Positions 40,444-50,059 of a DNA stretch of 64,000 nucleotides are shown one piece after another. A program made the translations under genes and the position numbers. Under the pieces are notes generated by a model. It ran no database searches, had not been told where the DNA came from, and saw nothing but the letters and a program-made list of their open reading frames with translations. Within the stretch, counting starts at the first letter, position 1, and each line of letters starts with the position of its first letter. The stretch spans positions 832,001-896,000 of the forward strand of contig CAWIYV010000011.1 of the NCBI GenBank assembly GCA_963840455.1. The letters run 5' to 3'. Source of the stretch: Nitrospirota bacterium. Its GTDB lineage: Bacteria > Nitrospirota > UBA9217.

Positions 40444-40864
40444 TGGCCGCTCGGGGCGAGACTTGAATATTGAGATCACGCTGCCGGGACGTTGGTTCTC
40501 AGCATGCTTTCCCCGTAACTCCCCCGCGGCCGTTCCTTGCTGTTCCTGTTCCGTCAGCGTCTTCGCCGTTCCTTCTCCTTCTCCGCCTTCCCCGCCCTGA
40601 ACAGCGCCGCACGCTGCTTCAAAGAACCGGCCGTGCGAGCACCGCCGGATCATATCCCAGCGCCGCTGCGCCCTCCCTGCCCGTGGGATAGGAGAACCTC
40701 CCTGCCGCTGAACGGGAGACCTCATCGTACTTGCTCCGGATGGCGCTCCTGATCTACTCCCGGTCCGCGGTCGCTCCGATCGGGAGTCTCTCCGCTTCTT
40801 TTGCGGGATTATGTGAATGAAGAAAGGAGAATTGCCGCAACCTTCATAATTCTTACTTCTTGTT

Positions 40865-41260
40865 TCACGCTCCGGGGAACTTCCTGAACAGCTTCTGTTC
40901 CTCCGTCTGGATCCTGTCCTTCAGCGTCAGATAGAGCAGCTTGATCTCGCCTGCAAACTCCATTTCGTCCCCGCCCCGGTCGTACTTATTGAAGAGCCGC
41001 ATTGCCTTCGCGCTGACAGCCTCCATGTCGGCGATGAAGAACTTCATCAGCACCGCGAGTTCCCGGTCGCTCTCGGCGGCTTTCCGGAGCCTGGGATAAA
41101 AGAGCTCATCCTCTTTCCGCATATGCGCCAGGAGCAGGTCGCGGGCCGACAGCAGCCGTTCCTGTCCGGCCTGCGATGAGATGCCGAGGGCCTTCACCTC
41201 GCCGAGGATCTCGAGGAGCGCGGCATGTTCGTTCTGCAGTTCCTGGATCAGAGCATTCAT
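40865..41260 (-). CDS. Hemerythrin-like domain protein
   Basis: LQNEH, AHMRKEDELFYP and RIQTEE..LF. Confidence 0.8.
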   Translation of the reverse strand: MNALIQELQNEHAALLEILGEVKALGISSQAGQERLLSARDLLLAHMRKEDELFYPRLRKAAESDRELAVLMKFFIADMEAVSAKAMRLFNKYDRGGDEMEFAGEIKLLYLTLKDRIQTEEQKLFRKFPGA

Positions 41261-41563
41261 GGAAGTTGAAGCTCCTTGCAACAAGCTGCAGGGAATCTTC
41301 GGTCCTCAAGGTAATAATAGATCATTCTAATCGCTCGCTAACCCCCTGCACTCGCGGTTCCACTCGTAAACGCTGGGGGCAAGACCCCGCAGCTAGCTAC
41401 GGGGAATGGGCTCGCTCCTGGATTCAAGTAAGAATTAAGAAATTATCTCCAGGTCTTCTCCCTATCAAGCGGGTGATACAAGCTTCGAAGTCGGGCATGT
41501 TTCTGCCACCGGTTCACAGCTCCGTGCAGTCATGCAGGGCTGGTATTTGCGTCACCGTGGGGG

Positions 41564-41851
41564 TCAAATCTTTGCCGTTGACACAGTAGCTGCTTCACCC
41601 CCTACCACGTGCCCTGCCTTTGCTCGCTTCTTCGCCTTCCCCAGCCTCTCCAGCAGCGCCTGCAGCGTCTCCGCCGCATGGTCCTGCGACCGGAAATACT
41701 CGGGACGCAGCAGGAATCCGTACTGGCCGGGATGATCCGGCCGCTCGATCGCACATTCGAGGATCTCCTCGTCCGTCATGTTCCTGATCTCCTCGACGGA
41801 CAGTCCGCTGAGGTACCGGTTGTATTCTTTCAGCGGATCATCGTCTTCCAT
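41564..41851 (-). CDS. Hypothetical protein, paralog of 43758-44039
   Basis: Shared PL.EYN..LS..AIERP.HP..YGFLL..FRS pattern; GGAGG RBS. Confidence 0.65.
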   Translation of the reverse strand: MEDDDPLKEYNRYLSGLSVEEIRNMTDEEILECAIERPDHPGQYGFLLRPEYFRSQDHAAETLQALLERLGKAKKRAKAGHVVGGEAATVSTAKI

Positions 41852-42030
41852 CGTGCCTCCCGGACCTTCGGAGGCACCGCAGAGTGTCAGGTCTTACGAT
41901 TGACAGTGCCGTTTTTTTCATCGTCCCGTAGACACCAGGGCAAGGTCGACGTTTTTGTCATGCTGCAATCTCTCGGTCTTAAGCTGGGCCCTCTGAGGGC
42001 CGGTCCGCGTGACCGCCGTCGCTGCGGGCA

Positions 42031-42726
42031 TCAGGCGCCGTCGTTCTTCAGGCTCTCCATGAATTGCAGGAGAACCTCTACTGCGCTGTCGGTCAGTTCC
42101 GTGAACTCCACGCCGACGGCATAGCCTCCCTGGCTCCGATCCCTCGACGTTCGGCAGGAAACGACCCTTCCCATGAAGCTGACGGGCGCTGCGGCGTTGA
42201 GCGACAGTTCCAGAAGGATCATGCTGTCAATGTCCAGTTGCTGCTCGGTCCGGATGATGACGCCGCTTCTGCTGATGTCCTGTATCGTGAACTGTGCCGG
42301 AAATTCCAGGACCTTCTCGTTGGGAGTCGTGAGGTTGAACTGGACGTCGCGGAAGCGCCAGTTCGCGGTCGCCGGCATTTCCACCTTCTTGCTCTGTTCA
42401 ATGGAATCCAGGAAATCCCTGACCGTGCCTGCTGATTCGTCCTTGAACACGATGCCGACGAGGTAGCAGGTGACCGACTTGTTCAGGGACCGCTCGTCGA
42501 TCCCGCACAGTTCGGACCGGATGACCAGGCCCTTCACGGGATAGTGCGTTCCGCGATATCCGAACAGGATCGAACATTCTCTTCCGATCGCCAGCCTCCC
42601 TTCCGTTCTCAACAAGACCCCGCCCGGGCTTATGTCGACCACGTCCACTTTGCCGACCAGGTTCACTTTGCTCTCAATATTGATCAGGCGGATACTGAAT
42701 CTCTTATGCTTTCTCTGGTTCTGCAC
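42031..42726 (-). CDS. Tandem PilZ domain protein
   Basis: QRKHKR..DISPGG and a second DISRSG..GVEF. Confidence 0.82.
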   Translation of the reverse strand: MQNQRKHKRFSIRLINIESKVNLVGKVDVVDISPGGVLLRTEGRLAIGRECSILFGYRGTHYPVKGLVIRSELCGIDERSLNKSVTCYLVGIVFKDESAGTVRDFLDSIEQSKKVEMPATANWRFRDVQFNLTTPNEKVLEFPAQFTIQDISRSGVIIRTEQQLDIDSMILLELSLNAAAPVSFMGRVVSCRTSRDRSQGGYAVGVEFTELTDSAVEVLLQFMESLKNDGA

Positions 42727-42800
42727 AAGGGCACCTCTTGTCCTGGAGGCCTGGAGAGCCAGGTCTTTTTTTCACAGCTGCCGGTTCCCGGCCGCTCCCG

Positions 42801-43556
42801 TCACACCATGAACATCCCGCCGTTGACCGGAATGTACTGGCCGTTGACATAGTCCGAGAGCCGGGACGCGAGGAAGACCGCCACGCCCGCCACGTCATCC
42901 GGCAGGCCGAGCCGCCGAAGGGGCGTGAAGGACGCGATCTGCTCGTGCATCTCCCTGGGCTGGTGCTTCGTGGCGTCCGTCAGCGTAAGGCCCGGCCCGA
43001 TGACGTTCACCGTGACGCCCTGCGGCCCGAGCTCCGCTGCCATCACTTTGGCCATGCTGTCCATGGCGCCTTTGGCCGCCGCATGGGCCGAGAACCCGAA
43101 ACCCGGCGATCGCGACAGGCTGCTGCTGACGAGGATGAGCTTCCCGGCCTTCTTCGCAAGCATGGACGGCAGCACTGCCTGGGAGCAGTTCACCAGGGCC
43201 TTCATCTCGCCCATGAGCTTGGCCTCGAACTCCTCCCAGCTGAAGTCCGCGAAGGCCTTGACCGGAAAGCTGATGTTCGCGTTGTTCACCAGGATGTCGA
43301 TCCCGCCGAGCTCCTTCGTCACGGACTGCACCATTGCGTTCACGGCCGCGCGGTCCCGCACGTCCGCGCAGGCGAGCATGGCCGTGCCGCCCTGCTGCCT
43401 GACCTCCTTCAGGACGTCGTCAGCCGTTTCCTGGCCGCAGAGATAGTTGATCGCCACCCTGGCGCCATGGGCGGCGAGCGCCTTTGCCGTCGCCGCTCCG
43501 ATGCCCCTGCCCGCTCCGGTCACCAGCGCCACCTTTCCTTTCAGTCCCAGGTCCAT
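42801..43556 (-). CDS. Short-chain dehydrogenase/reductase (FabG-like)
   Basis: TGAGRGIG and DILVNNA; HxxxK in place of the usual YxxxK. Confidence 0.9.
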   Translation of the reverse strand: MDLGLKGKVALVTGAGRGIGAATAKALAAHGARVAINYLCGQETADDVLKEVRQQGGTAMLACADVRDRAAVNAMVQSVTKELGGIDILVNNANISFPVKAFADFSWEEFEAKLMGEMKALVNCSQAVLPSMLAKKAGKLILVSSSLSRSPGFGFSAHAAAKGAMDSMAKVMAAELGPQGVTVNVIGPGLTLTDATKHQPREMHEQIASFTPLRRLGLPDDVAGVAVFLASRLSDYVNGQYIPVNGGMFMV

Positions 43557-43757
43557 AGAAACCTCCGTTCAGGGGGCTGCCTGGGGACGTTGTTGCTCCT
43601 GTTTCTTTCGTCCATGTTCTTGTTCTCTCCGTTCCCCATCATTTCTCCGGTCAGCGCGTGGCTATATAACTGCGAGACCGCTGAGGGCAGACTTGATTTG
43701 CTGACTTAGTCCCATTCCCCGCTTTCGGCGATCGCGACTACCGGCCTGAACGGAAGA

Positions 43758-44039
43758 TCATCCTTTTGCTTTTGCCAGCCGCTCCAGCAGCGCGTTCATC
43801 GTTTCAGCTACATGTGCATCTGACCGGAAAAAGGCCGGGCTAAGCAAAAAGCCGTACTCACGCGGATGACCCGGCCTCTCGATAGCAAGCTCACGGATCT
43901 CTTCGTCTGAAAGGTTCTCGATCTGCTCGCGGGACAGCTTGCTGATGAAAAGATTATATTCCCTTAACGGTTCCTCGCTATCCAATTTTTCTCCGGGAGA
44001 TCGGGTCCCTAAGGGTCGTGTCTTCTTTCTCGTCATCAA
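43758..44039 (-). CDS. Hypothetical protein, paralog of 41564-41851
   Basis: AIERPGHPREYGFLL; overlaps the TfoX stop. Confidence 0.65.
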   Translation of the reverse strand: MMTRKKTRPLGTRSPGEKLDSEEPLREYNLFISKLSREQIENLSDEEIRELAIERPGHPREYGFLLSPAFFRSDAHVAETMNALLERLAKAKG

Positions 44040-44407
44040 GCCCTATACTCCTTCAGCGTCTTTTTCTTCTTCGCCTTCCCCTTTTTCTCCGGCAAGGACA
44101 GCGCGAACTCCTTCCCGATCCCGATCCACTTCGCCAGCCCTACAGCGCTCTTCCACCCCGCTTCCTCCACCATGACCCACCCGGCCATTGGCCTGCCGGT
44201 GATGTCGAAGGGCTTTACGTTCCTGGCCTTGAGGCTCTTCTCTCCCTGTTCCTTGTCCATCCGCACGATCAGGAAATCCTTCAAGATGCCGAAGCACATG
44301 TTGCCCTTGAGCAGGTAGCACACGCCGCCGAACATCTTCTTCTTGTCCACGTCCTTCCAGCGCTTCACCGCGCTGTCAATCGCTGTTTCCAGTTTTTCGT
44401 TATACAT
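44036..44407 (-). CDS. TfoX/Sxy N-terminal domain protein
   Basis: KKMFGG..GNMCFG..GRPMAGWVMV. Confidence 0.85.
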   Translation of the reverse strand: MYNEKLETAIDSAVKRWKDVDKKKMFGGVCYLLKGNMCFGILKDFLIVRMDKEQGEKSLKARNVKPFDITGRPMAGWVMVEEAGWKSAVGLAKWIGIGKEFALSLPEKKGKAKKKKTLKEYRA

Positions 44408-44419
44408 TCGAATCTCTCG

Positions 44420-44554
44420 TTATTTTCCGTCTATCAGCCGCTCCAGCACGAACCACGCTGCCACCAGCGCCGCGATCAGGAAAATGATCTTCCCGATGTT
44501 CTTCCAGGCACTGACTGTTTCCTGGTCCCCCGGTCCTGTTGGCTCATTACTCAC
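44420..44554 (-). CDS. Small single-pass membrane protein (44 aa)
   Basis: GTG start after AAGGAG; IIFLIAALVAAWFVL. Confidence 0.5.
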   Translation of the reverse strand: MSNEPTGPGDQETVSAWKNIGKIIFLIAALVAAWFVLERLIDGK

Positions 44555-44820
44555 GGTGATCGCTCCTTTCGTCTTTTCAAGCATGACCCCGCAAAGGCCT
44601 CCAAGAACCACTGTCTCTTGAAGGTTCTGATGACCTATGGCATGAACAACCATGCAGCTTTGCATTAAGGACAGCGTACATTCGATTGCCCCCGTTTGGT
44701 CGGGACGTTCAGCTTCTGCGAGCAGCTCTGACAGGTGATTATGGTCGTTGTCGTCAATTCTCCGGTATCAAGCGCCTTTGGGGTCAAAATCTCATTTAAT
44801 GACCCTGTTGATGATATGAT

Positions 44821-45924
44821 CTACCGGGTCTTCTCCGGCGCCTCGCAGGCTGCAGGACCGGCTCCCTTTTCCGACGCCGGCAGGGCCGGCGAAGGGCACA
44901 TCTCGGGCCCGAGCAGTACGGCGATCCATTGCGTGCTTTTATTGTTCTCGCATACAAACTTCAGGGTCATGGTCAGCGGTATGCACAGGACCACGCCGAT
45001 AAGACCGAGCAGGCCGCCCCAGAAGATCAACGAGAGAAAGACGACCAGCGTGGACAGGCCAAGCCTCCGGCCCATCAGCATCGGCTCGACCACGTTGCCA
45101 AGAATGAAATTGACGGACAGATATCCGGAAGCCGCGAGCGCGGCAGGACCTATCCCGAGCTGGATGAGGGCGAGAGAGACCGCGGGTACGGAGGAGATGA
45201 GGGCGCCGATATTGGGCACATAGTGGAGCAGGAATGCCAGGAAACCCCAGAGAATGGGAAAATCCACGCCGAGGATCCAAAGCCATATCCCGATCAGGAC
45301 ACCCGCTGTCATGCTGATCACTGTCTTGATGCCCATGTACCGGTTGATATCATAGACGAACCGCATAAAGGCGTGAAAGTCCCTTTGCGGTTGGCCGAGG
45401 ACCGCGCGGAGCTTGGCGGGAAAGCTCGAGGCTTCCAGGAGGATGAAGGTGACGGTGAGCAGCACCAGGACGACCTCGAACAACGTGGAGCCCAGACCCG
45501 CGAGCAGGCTGGCGGTCAGGCGCCTCACCGTTTCCGGCGTTACCGGGTCGAACTGGATCGAGTCCGCGAACCGGATCCCCTTGGTCGCCAGGAACGTCTG
45601 GAGCGAAGAAACATGCTTCTGCAGGCGCACCTGGTACTCCGGGAGGTCGGCATAAAAACTGTTCAGGGACGTGCCGACCAGCACGCCGATGACCGCGAAA
45701 ACAGCGGCCATGCCCGCCACCACGATCAGCACCGCGGCGGTATAGGGAACGCGTTTCCGCTCGAGCCAGAGGACCGACGGCGCGCCGATGGCGGCCAGGA
45801 AAACAGCGATGAGAATAAATTCCATCACCGATTGCGCCAGATGGATGCTTGCCGTGATGATCGCGAGCGCTGCCACGGCCACGAGAATGCGCGTTCCGCG
45901 ATGAGGATCACTTTGTTCAGTCAT
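44821..45924 (-). CDS. AI-2E family transporter
   Basis: YVPNIG, GNVVEPMLMG and FWGGLLG motifs; multiple TM segments. Confidence 0.9.
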   Translation of the reverse strand: MTEQSDPHRGTRILVAVAALAIITASIHLAQSVMEFILIAVFLAAIGAPSVLWLERKRVPYTAAVLIVVAGMAAVFAVIGVLVGTSLNSFYADLPEYQVRLQKHVSSLQTFLATKGIRFADSIQFDPVTPETVRRLTASLLAGLGSTLFEVVLVLLTVTFILLEASSFPAKLRAVLGQPQRDFHAFMRFVYDINRYMGIKTVISMTAGVLIGIWLWILGVDFPILWGFLAFLLHYVPNIGALISSVPAVSLALIQLGIGPAALAASGYLSVNFILGNVVEPMLMGRRLGLSTLVVFLSLIFWGGLLGLIGVVLCIPLTMTLKFVCENNKSTQWIAVLLGPEMCPSPALPASEKGAGPAACEAPEKTR

Positions 45925-46232
45925 GGACGATCATCCCTTCGATAAAGAGCTGTGTGGTGACTTTGATGCTTTTCCGAATAGCAACGTGCGGCCACTGTTT
46001 CTAACTTAGAACCTGAGGGTCAGGTCGATATCACACATTCATAACTCAAGATTCAAAATTCAATATAAATCAACTAACAAGCTGGCAAGCGCGAGAACAG
46101 CGCATTGAAGCTCCCCGCAGCAAGCTACGGGGAATTCGCTCGCTCCTGGATTCAAAGTTCAATGTTCAAGGTTCACTAAATCTGCTAAAAGGAGACCCCC
46201 TGAGGATCAGGTCTTTCTCTGTGCCTCAGCCA

Positions 46233-46640
46233 TCAAAGGATGTCGATCCCCTCAACCTTCTTATAATGCTTGCTGTCGAACGTGGCGACCCTGGTGTACT
46301 CCTTCGATCTCATATATGCGATGTTATAGGCATCGATGAAATCCATGTTCCCCGCCGTGTAGAGACCGGCCGCATGGGCGATCTTCGCATGATTGGCTAT
46401 CTTGAGGTTCCGTGAAGCAAGGAGGGTGCTCAGCACTTCGACGATCTCTTTCCTTGCAAACCCGTAGAAGGACTCAAGGACCCAGACGATCTCGGCGATG
46501 ACGAGCTCGCTCGTTTCGAGCTTGATCTTTCCGGCTTCGGCCTTTTCGAACAAAGCCCGCGCCTTCTCGTACTGGGCTTCCACGTCCCTCACGAAGAAAC
46601 GCAGGAACACGTTGGTATCGACAAAGACGGGATCATCCAT
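46233..46640 (-). CDS. PIN domain (VapC-like) toxin
   Basis: VDTNVFLRF, EIVWVL, DFIDAY and TFD. Confidence 0.88.
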   Translation of the reverse strand: MDDPVFVDTNVFLRFFVRDVEAQYEKARALFEKAEAGKIKLETSELVIAEIVWVLESFYGFARKEIVEVLSTLLASRNLKIANHAKIAHAAGLYTAGNMDFIDAYNIAYMRSKEYTRVATFDSKHYKKVEGIDIL

Positions 46641-46643
46641 GTG

Positions 46644-46889
46644 CTAGACGCCTTCCCGGGCGATCTTCCGGGCAACCGCCTTTTTGGCGTATTCCCGCTC
46701 GCTCCCGGTCCCCAGCTTCCTTCCCTTTGCGATCCCGCCGAGGTTCAGCAGGGACTTCCGCTCTTTTCGCCTGAGAATGAGCACATTATCCTTCACCTCG
46801 AACTGCAGGCTGTCCCCTTCCTTGATGTGGAACCGGTCACGGACGGGCTTGGGGATCGTGACCTGGCCTTTCTTCGTTACGGTCGACAT
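46644..46889 (-). CDS. AbrB-family antitoxin
   Basis: VTKKGQVTIPKPVR. Confidence 0.88.
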   Translation of the reverse strand: MSTVTKKGQVTIPKPVRDRFHIKEGDSLQFEVKDNVLILRRKERKSLLNLGGIAKGRKLGTGSEREYAKKAVARKIAREGV

Positions 46890-47192
46890 ATTCCTACCTC
46901 CAAATGAGTATTACCTATAGTGTAGGTATTACCGGCGCGAAAGTCAACGCCAAACAGCGGGGACAGGGATCAGGGGAGTATACGTTGGGATCGTTGTTTT
47001 CTGCGTTGAAGTGCCAATACTGCTAAAGAATCCCTGCGAACGGGATCAGCGTTCATCATCAGAACCTGAGGGTCAGGTCGATAGAAACCCGCTCACAGGC
47101 TGGTACGCATACAGGCACACAAGCCAACGGCCCCCCCGGAGTCAGGTCCTTACTGTTAGCATTCCCTTCCATTATTGATTATGTCGAGTGCG

Positions 47193-47537
47193 CTACCGCC
47201 GGAACAATACAATGAACGAAACGCCTAGTGCGATACAGGACACAATGATCGCTCCAATACAAAGCGCAGCTATCCGCCTGAACCTCGATTCAGCGAGTGA
47301 CGCCCCCTGCTCAAGAGCAGCGACGGTCTTTTGCAGCTGCTCGGCCAGCGCTTTGATGTGCACCGCGTTCTGCGAAGCAGCAGACTGAAGCTCGGCGATC
47401 TGTTGCTGCAGGAGTTGTGCTTGCGCTGCAGCAGCCTCATCGCTTTTTCGCGTAGTAAAGACCGGCATCGCCGCTGCAACGATCGTGCTTACGTAAGGCA
47501 AGATCGCTTTTACTGCGGGAACGAACCACGCTGCCAT
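47193..47537 (-). CDS. Hypothetical coiled-coil protein with a C-terminal TM helix
   Basis: GGAGG RBS, Gln-rich heptads and hydrophobic tail. Confidence 0.65.
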   Translation of the reverse strand: MAAWFVPAVKAILPYVSTIVAAAMPVFTTRKSDEAAAAQAQLLQQQIAELQSAASQNAVHIKALAEQLQKTVAALEQGASLAESRFRRIAALCIGAIIVSCIALGVSFIVLFRR

Positions 47538-47640
47538 TGATCCTCCCTAAGAACGTGAGGCGGACACCCTGAGGGGCCCGCTTGGGATCAGGATGAACTA
47601 TTGAGCTCTTCTTCCTGTGTCCCTCGAAGGTTCCGATGAC

Positions 47641-48678
47641 CTATGGCGTGAACAGCCATGCAGCTTTGCATTGAGGACACCGTACATTCAATTGCCCGCG
47701 GTTGGTCGGGACGTTCAGCTTCTGTGAGCAGCTCTGGCAAGTGATGATGGTTGTTGTCTTCAATTCTCCGGCATCGTTCAGCTCAGGCTGATAGAGCCGC
47801 CGCATGCCGCACTCAGGGCAGGTTACGGTTATCACCCCCTGGTCGATCGGCACCTTCAGCTGCTTGTTGCATTCTAAACAAACGATGATCGTCGTATGCT
47901 CCGAAGGAACGGCCTCTGAAGCCCCGGGGGATTCAATGCTCTGCACTTCCTGCACTTCCTCGGGCAGCTCCTCTCTGGCAGTCTCTTCCAACGATGTTTG
48001 CTCCGGTTCCAGCGCTTGTAACGGTTCTGGAACCTGTACCGGCTCCGGAGCCTGTATTGGTTCTGGAGCTTTTACCGACTCTGGGGCCTGTGCCGGTTTC
48101 GGAGCCTGTACCGGTTCTGGCGCTTGTACCGGTTCTGGAGCCTGTGCCGGTTTCGGAGCCTGTACCGGTTCTGGAACTTTTACCAGCTCGTGTGCTTTCT
48201 TCAGGTCAGATACAGCAACCCTCTCATAGGATGCAACGCTGATGGTCTGGCGAGCACCTGCGGGGATGGTCTTTGCCTTTGGTCCCAGTTCAGGCATCTT
48301 GCCGGTCCGGATGAACGCATCGCCGAACGCGGCCTGCAGCAGTTCTGACGTCCGCTTGCTGCTGTACAGGATAATGCCTTTCCCGGCTGCGAAATCGTAC
48401 GCTTCCGGTGAGCAATCGGTCGTGGTGATCAGATATCCTTGCGTGCAACGGAGCCGGATCATTGCTCCATAGAATTGCTGAAGAACCGGCCGGCCGATGA
48501 ACGCCCCGTGGTATTTCTTGCAGAGAATGCCGATCCGCGCGCCGTTCTTGCCGAGCAGTACACCGTCAGCGCCGGCGGCACTGCTCTGTTCCACCGCGTA
48601 ACCCTGCCGCGCAAACGCCGCGAGCGTCAGCCGCAGGAAATCTGCGTGGGAAATTGAATCGAAGATAGTTGTTGCCAT
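47641..48678 (-). CDS. Mrr-like restriction endonuclease domain protein with PEPVQA repeats and two zinc ribbons
   Basis: GADG..ILCKKY..IGRPVLQQF..GYLITT; four CxxC pairs at the C-terminus. Confidence 0.72.
   Translation of the reverse strand: MATTIFDSISHADFLRLTLAAFARQGYAVEQSSAAGADGVLLGKNGARIGILCKKYHGAFIGRPVLQQFYGAMIRLRCTQGYLITTTDCSPEAYDFAAGKGIILYSSKRTSELLQAAFGDAFIRTGKMPELGPKAKTIPAGARQTISVASYERVAVSDLKKAHELVKVPEPVQAPKPAQAPEPVQAPEPVQAPKPAQAPESVKAPEPIQAPEPVQVPEPLQALEPEQTSLEETAREELPEEVQEVQSIESPGASEAVPSEHTTIIVCLECNKQLKVPIDQGVITVTCPECGMRRLYQPELNDAGELKTTTIITCQSCSQKLNVPTNRGQLNVRCPQCKAAWLFTP
48005..48180. repeat. 18-bp coding tandem repeat (about 9-10 units)
   Basis: GGTTCTGGAGCCTGTACC-like units encoding APEPVQ. 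Confidence 0.9.
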
Positions 48679-49000
48679 CGCTGTGAACCCTGGAGGCAGG
48701 ACCGCTTGGGGTCCGACTGAGATATGGAGATTCTCTATGCCCGCTGGGCCCCGCTCCGGAGGAGCGAGGATTGCGCGGGCACGGCACGTTCGCGGGCTCT
48801 GTCTTCGAGGCCTTGGACCATAACAGCTGTGCGATGAAGAACCGCTCGTAACAGGGCCCTTGATATGGTTTGAGGATAGTACAAAGAACTGAGAATTGCA
48901 AGAGGTTGCGGCTGTACGTGATACTGCACGGCCCTTCAAGGCAGCCACTTACTTTTGTCCGTTGCGGTTTTCCGGGAGATTGTGTAAGATTGCCGTAACC

Positions 49001-49936
49001 ATGCTGGTTTACCTTTTCAAACGTCTCCTCCTGTTCATCCCGACCCTCCTCGGCATCACGCTCATCACCTTCCTGCTCATGCAGGCCCTGCCCGGCGACC
49101 CGGTGCAGGGCATGGCAGGAGAACGGGCGAACCCCGAGACGCTTGCCCGCATCCGCGCCGAGCTGGGCTCCGACCGGCCGCTGCCCCTCCAGTACCTGGG
49201 CTATCTCAAGCTCCTCGCGCAGGGAGAGCTCGGCAGGTCCTATTACACGAACCGGAAGGTCGCCGACGACCTTCTCCAGAAGTTCCCGAACACCGTAAAG
49301 CTCGCGCTTGCAGCGATATTCTTCGCTTCCCTGGGCGGCATTGTCCTCGGCGTCATCTCAGCGGTCAAGCACGGGACTGCCTGGGACCGTTTTGCGTCCA
49401 TCGTTGCCATCGGCGGGATATCGCTTCCCGTGTTCTGGCTCGGCCTAACGCTCATGCTCGTCTTCGCCCTCGATCTCCGGTGGCTGCCGCCGTCAGGCAT
49501 GGGCAACGGGTCATTTCAATATCTTATCCTGCCGGCGATCACGCTGGGCACCTACTCTTTGGCGTACATCGCGCGCATCACCCGCACGAGCATGATGGAG
49601 TCGCTCTCCCAACCCTACGTGACCACGGCGCGGGCAAAGGGCCTCGCGGAAATGGCGGTCGTTCTGAAGCACGCACTGAAGAACTCCCTGATCCCCATCG
49701 TCACCCTGATCGGCCTCGACCTCGGCTCTTATCTGAACGGCGCAGTGCTGACCGAGACGATCTTCGGATGGGACGGCCTGGGCAGATACGCGCTCGACGG
49801 CATCATGAAGCGGGACTACCCGGTCATCATGGGTGTGGTGCTCTTCGGCGCCGTCGTCTTTGTGGCCATGAACCTCATCGTTGACCTTTCCTATCACGTT
49901 CTTGACCCGCGGGTGCGCGTGAAAAGCGAGTCGTAG
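49001..49936 (+). CDS. Peptide/nickel ABC transporter permease (OppB/DppB family)
   Basis: PGDP, ARAKGL, KHALKNS and RDYPVIMG. Confidence 0.92.
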   Translation: MLVYLFKRLLLFIPTLLGITLITFLLMQALPGDPVQGMAGERANPETLARIRAELGSDRPLPLQYLGYLKLLAQGELGRSYYTNRKVADDLLQKFPNTVKLALAAIFFASLGGIVLGVISAVKHGTAWDRFASIVAIGGISLPVFWLGLTLMLVFALDLRWLPPSGMGNGSFQYLILPAITLGTYSLAYIARITRTSMMESLSQPYVTTARAKGLAEMAVVLKHALKNSLIPIVTLIGLDLGSYLNGAVLTETIFGWDGLGRYALDGIMKRDYPVIMGVVLFGAVVFVAMNLIVDLSYHVLDPRVRVKSES

Positions 49937-50059
49937 ACAGGCTGAACCGCGAAGGCGCAGCCAAAAGTAGGCGCGCTTCTGAGCGAAAGCGCGAAGGAGA
50001 GACATCAATCGTACGGGAAAAAATGACGTTCAAGATGCTAATGTTTTTTGGGCAGCCTG

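Noticed and set aside
600-47600. Classical integron
   Set aside because: No IntI tyrosine recombinase and no RYYYAAC..GTTRRRY attC structures were recognised; the recurring site is different.
600-47600. GGGTCAGG as KOPS-like or Chi-like replichore signals around dif or ori
   Set aside because: The sites are intergenic, longer than an octamer and fade after 48 kb; I saw no dif site, dnaA or DnaA-box cluster.
48005-48180. CRISPR-like periodic repeat
   Set aside because: In-frame 18-bp coding repeat without spacers.
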